A stretch of 64,000 bases of DNA from positions 1,900,128 through 1,964,127 of the forward strand of contig NW_015172553.1 in assembly GCF_001447785.1 (NCBI RefSeq), read 5' to 3'. The stretch is from Gekko japonicus (lineage: Eukaryota). Both the position numbers and the translations under genes were made by a program. A model generated the notes under the pieces. That model saw only the letters and a program-made list of their open reading frames with translations, searched no databases and was not told where the DNA came from. Numbering within the stretch: the first letter of the stretch is position 1; the number at the start of each line of letters is the position of its first letter. This document shows, one piece after another, positions 37,021-48,600 of this stretch.

Positions 37021-37979
37021 CCCTTTGTTTACTTTACTACTCAGATTTTAGCACAGGTCAAGTCCGTAGCCAGCTCTTATCTAGGCCTAGGTTTGGAGAG
37101 AGAGTTCTTTAAAACTACCTTGAACTATGCTACTTGGACTTGCTGATCATCGGGTAGAAATGTAACAAGTTGACATGATCCCAGGGAATTGCATCTCATG
37201 TCCAGTAATGCTTGAGAAATTGCAGAGTTGTAAAGATACATGAAATAGAAGGTACTGTGTATGTGCTATAAAAATGCCAGATTTATCACTTGTAGCTGAG
37301 AGGATGTTTTGACTCCATGACATTAAGGATTATTGTATGGGTACTGCAATTCACTAAAGGCACAAAATTCTGCTTCACAAACTTAGTGTGGGGAAATAAA
37401 GTTGCTAGTTGTTTAAGCTGTAAAGAAAAACATGTTAAAACTATAGAAAACTGGATTTGCTCAATTGTGCATGTGCATATAGAAGGCTTCTGTGCCAACT
37501 GGTGGAATTGTTCTTGCCAGTATGGGATAGTAACAGTGTAGTGTTAGTTTTCTGGGAGACTCAGGTTAGAATTTGTACTGGTGCTGTGAAAGCTGGCTGG
37601 GTGACCTTGGGCCAGTCACACACACCCAGCTGAACTTACCTCACAGGGTTGTTGTGAGAATAAAATGGAGGAGAATTATCTAAGTCACTTTGGGTCCACC
37701 TTGGGCTGAAAGGTTTAAATGGTTTGATTCTAAGCCATGCCTCCAATTCAGAAGCTTGTAACTTAACTGTAGCTGTAGTGCTTGAGGAGCTTTTGCTTAT
37801 GAAACATTCTTGGAAAGGACATGTTAAACTTGGAAGGGAAGAAGATCTGTTCAAATTTATGTAGGGTAGGTGAACTAAAAGCAGGAGAAAGGCTTAAGTA
37901 AATTAGTATATGTAGACTGATTGTCAGTTGAAGGATAAATACATCAAGAGGATTACATATACACAAACATCCTGGTTAG

Positions 37980-38560
37980 ACCTGATTTAGAGCGGGCTAG
38001 CCCTGTTTCTTCCAATACAATGACAGGCGCTCGTGCTATAAATCAGTAGCGAGTCCTGCAACTTCCAATACGGAGCTCAAAATGGCTACAGAACTACATT
38101 TCCTATCATGCCTCTCACTTGGGCGCCTCTTGCACCTCGTGGCTCGGGTGGGCCTATAGAAAGCGCCGTTACAGATAGGGCTCGTTCTCCGTTTGTAAGG
38201 AACCACAGTGGAGGATGTTTGCTGACTTCCCTCGCTGGCCGCCGGGCTGGAACCCGATGCTAACGAGGCCGCCCAGGTAAGGGCGATGTAGCGGGGCCTC
38301 TGGTTTGGTCGGAAAGGGGAGGGGTCCTGCCCAAGGCCCGCAGCTGGAAGCGGCAGGAAATGATGTCAGGCAGGATGGAGACCTTCCAGGCCGGGCCTAC
38401 CATCCCTCTACCTCGGAGTTGCCATGGCAACGAACAGAACCGGGTTTATGATATCATTTCATGTCATGGCCAAAGGTTTTCTCCAAATCGTACGTCAGAT
38501 GAGAACTACTGCCGTGACGCCATTTAAGCGTGGGCACTTGTTCCCCTCCCTTTAGGGCGC
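37980..38560 (+). promoter_or_regulatory. Probable CpG-island promoter and non-coding exon 1 of C2orf42
   Basis: CCAAT boxes near 38012 and 38065; YY1-like caaaatggct near 38078; ZNF143-like actacatttcctatcatgc near 38093; strong donor cag|gtaagg at 38276/38277; X-box at 38418-38431. Confidence 0.65.
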
Positions 38561-38604
38561 CTGAGGCCGCATGCAGACGCCACCTGGAGAGCCTCTGTGT
38601 GTGC

Positions 38605-39206
38605 TAGGGTTGCCAGGTCCAATCTTCTCCCGGGCGGGGGGATTAGGGGGCGTTCCAGGTGGGGGGACATGGCCCGACGTGATGACGCCATAAAGGTCCT
38701 GGACGCAGCTCGCCCCTGCCTTTCCCCAAACATTTAAAGGGAACCTTCCCTTTAAATAGTGGAGGGGGGGCGGGGACGACCGAGTGCCATGCGCCGCCTG
38801 CCCTGCAAGAGGGGAACGTTCCTCTTGCCAGGCAGGAGCCGGCGCCCTCTTGAAAAGAGTAACGCAGGAGCCCGCGGCCCCCTGTTGTAAAGAGCAGGCG
38901 CTGGGCACTCCTGCCCTGCAAGAGGAGATCTCTCCTCTTGTAAGGCAGGAGCCGGTGGCCCCCGCCTGAAAAGTGTGGCGCCGGGCGCTCCTGCCCTACA
39001 AGAGGGGAACTCGCCTCTTGAGCAAGTCAGGAGCCTGGCCTGCAAGCAGTGAATTTGCCGCTTGGAGGGCAGGCGCGTGCGGCGCCCGCTCTTTTCAAGC
39101 GGGCCTGTAGACGACTGTTGTGGGCGGGGCCTCCCCACCCGGAGTCCGGTCTGAGCCCTAAAATTCGGGGGGAAACCCACCCCGCACCTGGGGACTGGCT
39201 TCCCTA
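38605..39206. mobile_element. CpG-rich hAT-type non-autonomous element with internal palindromic repeats
   Basis: Ends tagggttgcca / tggcttcccta; flanks gtgtgtgc / ctgtgtgc (7 of 8). Confidence 0.65.
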
Positions 39207-41847
39207 CTGTGTGCGTGCAAAGTACCGGCTGTACTGAAGGGAATCTGAGCACGCGCGGAGGTTGCGTTGCGGTGTAAAGACCGCCTTCGCCCTGCGTGTA
39301 CGCCGGCTACGAGTGGCAATTCTGTCCCAGTACTGGTGTCCGGGCTTTATGCCCCTCCGTGTTTGACAGCTGACCAAGCGCTTGACATTCTGGGCTGTCC
39401 AGTACAATTCCAGGTGGACTAGGTTGCCACCTTTTCCTGTTCTTGCTCCTCTTTATAGAACAGCTGCATTGCATAAAACATCGCAAATGAAGCCCTGACT
39501 GCCATAGAAATAAGATGATGGGGAACTACTTAAGTTCTGTTCAAAAAAGAGGTTGTGACCCTATTATAGGCCCTTGGAAAATCATATACCACCCTATATT
39601 AAAGCGCCATTACATTTGTTTGTCTCGTAATATTTTAAATTGGTTATGTGGCAGCAGGCACTGTGGTTGTGCAAGTCCTTCCTAGGACACATTGATTTAA
39701 ATATTGCAATCTTAATGATCACTTAGGTCAGTGGGTTAACATATTTATCAATAAACACCTTTCCTACACCCAGCATACATCCACACTCTGGTGGACTGTT
39801 TATCCATTTGTAATCAGAAATACAAGATCTCCCTTATCATTACAAGTAAACTGGAAATTCTGGTATGAATCTTGGCAGACAGGCTGCACCCCTTCTAGAT
39901 GGAAGAACTTGGCTGTTGTAAGCATTGATCTGAGCAGATCCTTCCTCCAATAGTGGCTACAGACTCCCAAAGAAACAGAGAGCAGACCCCTGCTTGTCTT
40001 TCAGCAGTAACACCCATTAACAGAAGTACGCATTTCCCAAACTCCTAATATTCATGATCTCCTGGCAGTCCTAATGACGACTTGAGAATCCAGACAGGAG
40101 TACTAACATTCTGCATATGTCTTGGCTATTGTGACTTCACTGGAGTGTCACAACACAGCATCTCAATGCAAAATGGCTTTGTTACGATGCTGCTGGGTTG
40201 ACTGTCTGTGTTATGGCCAGAACTCTGGGAGGATTCCTGGCATCGTCAGGTCTCCTCATTTTCCTTTCCATCCTCCGTTCCAGGACTACATGAAACAGAC
40301 CTTTTGCAGAAGTATACATTGCACTCATTGCCTATCGCTGTAACCTGACTGAATCACAGCCTGTGAGGAAGGTCTTTTGTTTTTCCCCGTGTACAGATGG
40401 CAAACCGAGGATGTGGTTAGCATGACATAGGGTTTACTTTATCTTCCCCCACGTTCCCCCACGTTAATACTTGATGTCTTTATTATTATCATCATCATCT
40501 CATGTAACAGTTCTCTTTAATCCAGGGCTCCTTGTGGGAAAGTTCAGTGTAGAGTTTCAGACTGGAACCAGGTAGACCTGAGTTCAAATTTTCGCTCAGC
40601 CATGAAACTCCCTGGGTCACCTTAGGACAGTCAGTCTCTCTCTCACCTTGACCCACATCACAGGTTTGTTGTGAGGTTAAAATGGGGAAGGGGGAGGCAG
40701 TGTTAATCAAGCTGAACTCCTTGGAACCGATAGGCCACCTCAAATTGATTTCAGTCTGAAAAGTGATTGTATGATTATCAGGCTGAGAATGCTTTGAATT
40801 CAACTCACATTAATAGAGTTTGACACAGAATGATTCTTCTAATGTTACATTTTCCTGGTCATGTTTTTTTAGAAAAATAGGGATGCAGACCAAAAAGGCC
40901 AAAATTGTGTATTTTCATAAGGTTGGAAATGTTAAACCTGCATCAGAGGGCCCCTACAAAGCATCATTTCTCTCCGCATCTTGCTTTGCTCGTCTCCTCA
41001 GACCCTTCCCGCTTCTGAGCCGTAATTGTTTATTCCTCAACTGAATAAAAGTCTCTGGATGTGTAACTACATCTGCTTCCCATTATTGCTTGTTTCTCTG
41101 GTCTTTCCCTTCTTACCTTTCAAATTCTATCATAGTTAAACTTTAGATTACACATTCCGTGGGGCAGGGTGTCTGTCTCTTTTGCGGGTAGGGTGATGAT
41201 GACGTTTTCTGTAAATATTGAGTTCTGGAAAATCTTTCAAAACTGTGCATTTGGGAAGATGATGCTCCTCCAGAGCTAACCTTTCCAAAAGGCAAGATGT
41301 GGTGGCCTGCTGCCTCAGGCACCAGGTTCATGCTCTTCAAAAGCAACACAGTAGGAGAAAAATGCATCTGATGCAGGTGGGCACAATTTAGTAGAAAGTG
41401 GAGCGTGCAAAGCCCATTGAAATAAGCAAGAACTGCACTAGAGCACCAGCGTGCCCTTCATTTAATTGGGGCTTGTGCATCTTGTGTTTTGTGGGACAGG
41501 GTGGAGGTGCCATTTAGAATGGCATAAGCTGACCACGTGCGTCTCTTTCAGGCTTATTCCTAGCACTTTTCTTAGAAAATCCTTAATATATGAGCAGAGA
41601 ATAACATCATTCAGGGAACACTTTTGAAACACTTCCCCCCCCCCTTAACACCGGCCTAACTTGAAGTCTCTTGAAAGTCTTTTTAATTGTCTTTATTTGT
41701 TACGACATAAGCCAGCAAATCTGAACATTATACATAAGCAATATAAACAGTTTGTTAAAATAATATCGGGTCAAGTCATTAGAGATTTGGAGTAATGAAT
41801 CAACCCTTTTCACATCTTTGTGGGTTTTTCTGTAGGCTCTGTGAAAG

Positions 41848-42670
41848 ATGGAATCAAACTCTGTAAGGAGTAAAGTCCCGGCTTTCTTATCTGACTTGGG
41901 GAAAGCAACCCTGAGAGGCATAAGGAAATGCCCCCGCTGTGGCACCTACAATGGCACCCGTGGGCTGAGCTGCAAGAACAAGACCTGTGGCAACATCTTT
42001 CGCTATGGCGCTTGGAAGCAGGCTGGTGTTGACGCAGTGAAAATTGTCACCGGCTCAGACTTGCAGGTCTACTCAGTGCGTCAAAGGGACAGGGGGCCGG
42101 ATTATCGATGCTTTGTAGAACTGGGAGTTTCGGAGACCGCCATCCAGACTGTAGATGGGACCATCATCACACAGCTCAGCTCTGGATGCTGTTACGTCCC
42201 ATCCTGCTTGAAAGCGGCCACACAAGGTGTGGTGGAAAACCAATGCCAGCACATTAAACTGGCTGTGAACTGCCAGACCGAGGCCACCCCACTGACCCTG
42301 AAAAGCTCTGTCTTAAACTCAATGCAGGCCTCACCAGAGATGAAGCAAACACTCTGGCAGCTGGCGACAGAGCCCACGGGGCCTCTGGTCCAAAGGATTA
42401 CCAAGAACATCCTGGTGGTGAAGTGCAAAGCCAGCCAGAAGCACAACCTGGGGTACCTCCACGTCTCCTTTGCTCACAAAGCTGGCCCCAAGAATGTGAT
42501 GGAGCACCGCTTTTTCTGTTCTTGCCAGTCCTTGAAAGCCAGCAAGGCCAGCTCTGCCAAAGAAGAGATGGGCCAGAAATGCATCCACTTCTTTGCCTGC
42601 ATCAGCGCCTTTGCCAGCGATGATAGTTTGACGCAGGAGTTTGTGGATTTCCTCAGCTGTGATTCCAGCG
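41848..42670 (+). CDS. C2orf42: C2orf42 first coding exon (823 nt coding; exon starts at 41836)
   Basis: CPRC...CKNKTC zinc finger plus two further Cys/His clusters; donor g|gtaggt. Confidence 0.95.
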
Positions 42671-45600
42671 GTAGGTAAAGGCAGAGAATGGCTGAGAGTT
42701 GGGTTGGCAGAATCCTCCACCTGGGTGAAATGAAAGGTTTGCCCTTCTTAGAGGGGGTTCCCCCAGGCCTTAACGCTGGTACTTGTGAAGCCGTCATACA
42801 GAGGAATTCTGGAGGCAGCCTAGTAGTGGGCATGGAGGAGAGGGGATCCTGCTTCAGCATGAAGCAGCAGAGTCCAAAATACACATTGTCTAATATGTTT
42901 AAAGGGGTGCCATAATTTTCATAAAATAAAAACAAGCATGTGTCAGCTATTCCTGTGTCTTTCTGCTCACTGGGCAAAGCGCTGGAAAGCAGGAGCCAAT
43001 CCCCGCACTGCCACAAGGGCCCCTGGGTAACCTTGGGCTATGGTGGTCGACTCTGGGTTGGGAAATTTTGCCAGAACTGGGGGTAAAGCCTGGGGAGGGA
43101 GCTCTGCAGGGTGTCAAGCCACACAGTCCACCCTCCAAGGCAGCCCTTTTCTCCAGGGGAACTGATCTTTTTAGTCTGGAGGTCAGTTTTAATTCCGGAA
43201 ACTCTCCATGCCCAGCTGGAGGCTGGCAACCCCACCTTGGGCTGGTCTCTTTCTTTCACCTGATCCTACCTGTTAGAGTTGTTGTGTGAGGATAAAAATG
43301 GAAGGGGAAACCATATAAGGTGCTCTGATCTCCTTGGAGGAAGGATGGGGTAACAATGTACCGGATAGACAGACGGCATCCTGAGCTATTGGTTCAAATA
43401 ATTCCCACATACCTTTGCAAGTAAAATCCTGAAAAACTTGCTAAAAATTAAAGCTGTAAATTCAGCAAAGGAGGCCCCTACAGATCTCTGCCCCTGTGCT
43501 TTTAGCCCTAAAATCCTTCCATGTGGAGCAGAAATGAAGAAGAAGAAGAGGAGGAGATTGGATTTATATCCTGCCCTTCACTAACCAAAGGAGTCTCAGA
43601 GTGGCTTATAATCTCCTTCCCCTCCCCACAACAGACACCCTGTGAGGTAGGTGGGGCTGAGGGAGCTCTTTTGAGAACTGCCCTTGAGAGAACAGCTCTG
43701 AAAGAACTTATGACTGACTCAAGGTCACACCAGCAGCTGCATGTGGAGGAGTAGGGAATCAAACCCGATTCTCCCGGATTAGAGTCCAAGCTCCTAACCA
43801 CTACACCAAACTGAAAAGGGTGATGCTGTTGTATTTCATAAACCTGATCGCTGTATGGTGATAAAATACAGACATTTCTAAACCATCAAATGTTTAGCCT
43901 TTTCTCTCTCCTGACTCCAGGTCTGAAGCCAGTGATAGGAGCCCAGCTTGTTTGCCAGCCAGAATCTGCTCTGCACTCTGCACAGGCTGCTGCCTCCAAG
44001 GCAAAGAGGAAGAAAAAAGATGAAATAGCGGGTGAGTGTCTTACAGAGTTACGTTAGCACAGACCATTGAACAAAGTTTGAGTCCAACAAAGTTTAATTC
44101 TGGATATAACCTTTCATGTGCATGCACACTTCTTCAGATACATTGAAACAGACTTCCTCAAGCCTTACATGCATGCACACAAAAGCTTATACCTTGAATA
44201 AAATGTTGTTGGTCTTAAAGGTGCCCCTGGATTCAAAAGTTGTTCTGTTGCTTCAGACCAACACAGCTGCGCACCTGAATAGCCCACTGTAGTCAGTGCG
44301 CTTAGTCTGGAGTAAGTGTGCCTAGGATTGCAGCGTATCTCATCTGTTCTTCTCGGCAGGTTAGTGTTCCATGTTGATTTGGGGTGGCCTTTGCTCCTGT
44401 CTACAGGGCCTGTTCCAGAGTGGGACCAGGTCAAGCACTTGCCAGGATCCTGAGATTCTGAAAATAGTATAACCGTTCTGCCATTCTCACTGCACAGGGT
44501 CCCCCAAAAGCTCAGAGGCGGGTTGACAATTTGCCTACCAAGAGCACCTTACTCAAAGGCCTCAAGATCCTGGCTTCATGGCCAGAACCCTGTGAAATCT
44601 GCCGGGGGGGGGGGGGATCCCAGTTTCTTAACTCTTATGGGCAGAATTCATTTTGCTAATCACAGTAGTGTTCTGGATTTCATTATTTCAGTCTGATTAG
44701 ATACTATACTATACTGATTAGATACTACTAGTCCGATTAGATAATATAAAGATCTTGATGAACATATGGTCTGATTTGGTATAATGCAGCTTCATGTTAA
44801 CAAAAAAAGTTATTAACAAAAAAAGTTATGTCGAGATGACTTCCGGTCTGTGGATTGGCGATGGCGGTCGCTCTCCCCAGACTTCGGGGGAGCGATTAGC
44901 ACACCAGCGGCATGGAGGGGTGTTACCTCAAGTGGCACCCCCACGGAGCCTTTGCGATAGGCTCCAGGCCAGAGGGCTTTTGAGGGTTAGCCTCTTCGAC
45001 GGCTCGATGCCGGAGATTAGAGGCTTTCCTCCACCCTGACGGTCCTGCCGTTGTGTGACCTTCGGGCACAAGCTAATTCAACTGGGACAAGCGTGGGAGA
45101 TCGAGCGGAATAACGAATGATGTGAGCGAGGTCAGAGATATGACCAACAATGAATGTGAGTTCTAAGTAAACGGATTATTCTGGGGGGGGGGAATGAATA
45201 CCCCCCCGGTGGGAAAAGCGGAGCACAAAGAGGGACGCCTCTTAAGCGCATGGACAGCTAAGCGTATCGAGGGGGGAAGGGAGGAAACAAATAGCGAGAT
45301 TGTTTTGAGAGACTTACTTAAGTACCGAGAGGGACGGGACGAGTTTTTCGAGCCCCTGCGAAGTGGTTTGGAACTGTAAACAAAGTTGTAAAATGGCAGC
45401 TTCCCGAGGAAAGTTAAAAGCGAAACCGGGCAGCCAGAGCCCAAGAGCGGAAGAGGGAGCAGACGTCATGAAGATGTTAGCGGATATGCTCAAGCTGATG
45501 ATGGAACAACTCGATGGTATTAACCAGCAACTGACCTCGTTAAACCAAAACTTTGCTTTGCAGCAGTTTCAGCTGGCAGAAACGGAAAACAAAGTGGAGC

Positions 45601-48600
45601 ATGCGAATGAGAGAATCACAGAGATGGACACCGCAAACAAGAAAATGAAGAAGAGAATGGGAGATGTTGAAACAAAACAAAACCTCCAAGAAAACCGTTT
45701 GTTACAGCTGCAAATGGAAAAGGCTAACATGATTCTCAGATTCCAGGGAGTTCCTGAAACTGAAAAAGAAGATTTGAAGAAGACTCTGGGCGAGATTATT
45801 GCTCCAGTAACAGGCTTATCAGCGGATGAAATAGTAAAAGATATGGAGACAGCCTACCGGGCTTACTCCAATTGTGGTCAGATTTGCAAGAAGACAGACC
45901 AGAGATGCTATATTAAAGGCAATGTCAGCAACTCCACTGAAATTGGGGAACACAGCCATTAAGACTTTAAAAGACATTCCAATTGAAATTCGACAAAAGA
46001 GGAAAAGCTACAAGGATCTAATCTCTTTTCTTCAAACTAATGGAATTCAGTACTGGTGGGCGATTCCTGAAGGGGTCATCTTCAAAATCAACGATAAAAG
46101 AGAGAAGATTGACTCCATTTTTAAAGCCAGGGAATTCTTGAGACGTCAGCTGGGATCGGGGGAAGAATCCAAAGAGGAAGAAACCAAATCAAGTGACTCT
46201 GCCACCTCTGGAACAGATGAGGACTCTGTGGTTGAAACGAGTGCGGGAGCAATGAAAGCTGACTTCAGAGATAGAAAACTGAAATAAGGGCAGAAGGACT
46301 TTGAAACTTGCCTTTTGAAGTAAAGAAGATGCTCAGAAAGTTCTCTCATAACAACTAACATACTAATATAGAAGCTGTGGGGAAAAAAAGAACTCTACAA
46401 GTATATTGTGTTAGTAACACTTGTATTACTACCATTTAGTTTAACATGGAGATGATCTCCCACTCTTGGGTTTTTAGTTAGTGTAGGTATCTTTCCTTTA
46501 TCCATAGTTGTAGGCCCCCCCCCAAGTTTCTTTGTAGTTATGTAGTCTATGCAAAAATAATAAAAATACCCCTGTGGGTTTTTTAAAAAAAAAGTTATGT
46601 CAGCTGACTCTAGGAAAGGCACTTTGTGAAGGAAACCAGAAGCCTGAGTATAGGGCCTGCTTTTGTGGGGCAATGTCTCTGTGATGTAATCCTGTAAATT
46701 TTTCCATGCTTTACTCGTTCTCACATATACACCCCCCCCACAGGAATATCAAGCTGAACAATTCTGTTAGCTTTTAGTGGATGAATTCATGCTGAGTAAA
46801 TTTTACTACAGGGAAGGAGGGGAGCATTTTGCAAGGAAGGGTAATTGAGTAAAGATTATCACTTTGTAGTAATATTTCCCTGAACAAGTTAATTCTGTAA
46901 AGCCTCAACAGATCTTGGTGTTTTTTTCCTTTTGTTTCTTGTACTGCTGCCATTATTGGCAGTATTCGGAAAGTGGGAGATGTAAATGAAATGAGAATTC
47001 TTGAGGACTGTCCTGCATGCCTTGTAGATGGTCTCCCACTAATTCTTCTGGGTTGGGGGGAGCTGCTGGGCATATACAAATTCTGAAGCTGTTTAAAACT
47101 TGACTTTAAGGCACACAAGCAAGCAGCCCCCTCCTGTCTCAAGATGTGGCAAACAGCAACCTGAGGAAGAGTGGCCTGAAAAAGCCATCAGTTGCTTCTC
47201 TTAAAAAACAAGGTATGTTTCAGCTAGAGTGCCTCTCCCCCCGCCCCCCGCCCCCCAAGTCTCCACAGGAATACTTGGAAAGAAAAAAACACTCTGAACA
47301 CAAAATTGGGAAGACGTCTGAGAGCAGTTTCTGCAGAAGACCCTGTGCTACACCTACAACATACCACTTTTCAGGGTAAACAATGTTTCAAGTGTCTTTA
47401 GTGTTTTGCAGCCTTCCCTTCATACATTGACCTTGACACTGGAACATACAGTTTCTGGCAGTGCAACCCTATGCAGTGTTACTCCAGTCTAAGCCCATTG
47501 TCTTTGGACTGGAGTAACTCTGTGTTGGACTGTATTGTAACTCTCTTAAAGCTGGGAGTTGCTTTTCAAAACAGGGTGGGGGAGACTGGATGTTAGGGTA
47601 AGGCTTGGGGATTCGCCTGTTCCTTCTGCACTCACAGAAGGCTAATTTGCAAACATTCTTGTATTTTGGCTTTTTGACACTGTGTATAAATTCTGAGTAT
47701 TGTATATCTGCTGTGATCAGGTGCTTCAAGAGCAATCCAAATGCAGCTGACCAACCAGGTATAGTGGACCACCAGATACTTCACACATAAACCTCGTATT
47801 TTTGTAGATCAAGAATGTAGCAAGGATAGGAAGTCTCCACGCTATACCTGGTGCTTTGTGGGTTTCAAGTAATGCTGGGCTGTGCTAGGACCATGCGGAA
47901 TGCAGAGCTAGCCTAGCCTTCATGTTGGATGTGGGGGGAGGCAGTGTGTAGATCTCAGTTTGCGGTCTTGATGATGAGCAAATAAGCTCTTGTGTGCTGA
48001 GCTTGACTTTTCTTAACTGGAAATAAAGCCTGTGGGTTTCAATAGGACTGCCTCCCAGGAAAGTGACCTTAGGATCAATTTGTAGGTCTGGAAAGTGCTT
48101 TGTTCTGGTATAGTTCTAGTATCTCAGCAGCCCTGAGAGGTCGGCTGTTAGGATTGTTTCCAGACAGAAGTCTGAGGCTCCAGTACTATCCAGGAAGTCC
48201 CTTCCTAAACTCAGGCCTGGATTTCTTGGGTGGCTCAAGTTCAGCAAAGTCAGCCAACTGAACTACAAAACCAGCATGATGGGGCTTTGCAGCTGAAGTT
48301 GCCCCACGGCCAGCGATTCCACAGGAGGTTGTGACGTTGAAAGATGCATTGCAGGCCAGAGGGGAGAGCCTTTCCTCTGTAAATACCCCTGCCTGTTGTC
48401 ATGGTGATCAGTTCTGGCCTATAATTTTTATCCCACCTCCAGAAAGTTCAGTAGTAGTCAGAAACAGTACTAACCAATCCTGTACATCTGGTTGTTGTTT
48501 GTGTGTGTGTGTGTGTGGGGGGGGTTACATGATGGGAGTGATCAGTGTGTTTCTACCAAGGTTTGCATTTTAAAGTTTTGTGACATGAAAGCCTTTCCTT

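Noticed and set aside
38770-39060. Three spaced palindromic repeats resembling a CRISPR array
   Set aside because: Vertebrate context, spacers are related to each other, no cas genes, and the repeats are enclosed by TIRs and a TSD.
38524-39407. Repetitive ORFs (PALQEERSPLAGQ)
   Set aside because: Translation of the internal repeats of a MITE.
42192-43016. Antisense ORFs over the large C2orf42 exon
   Set aside because: Shadow frames of a GC-rich coding exon; no independent evidence.
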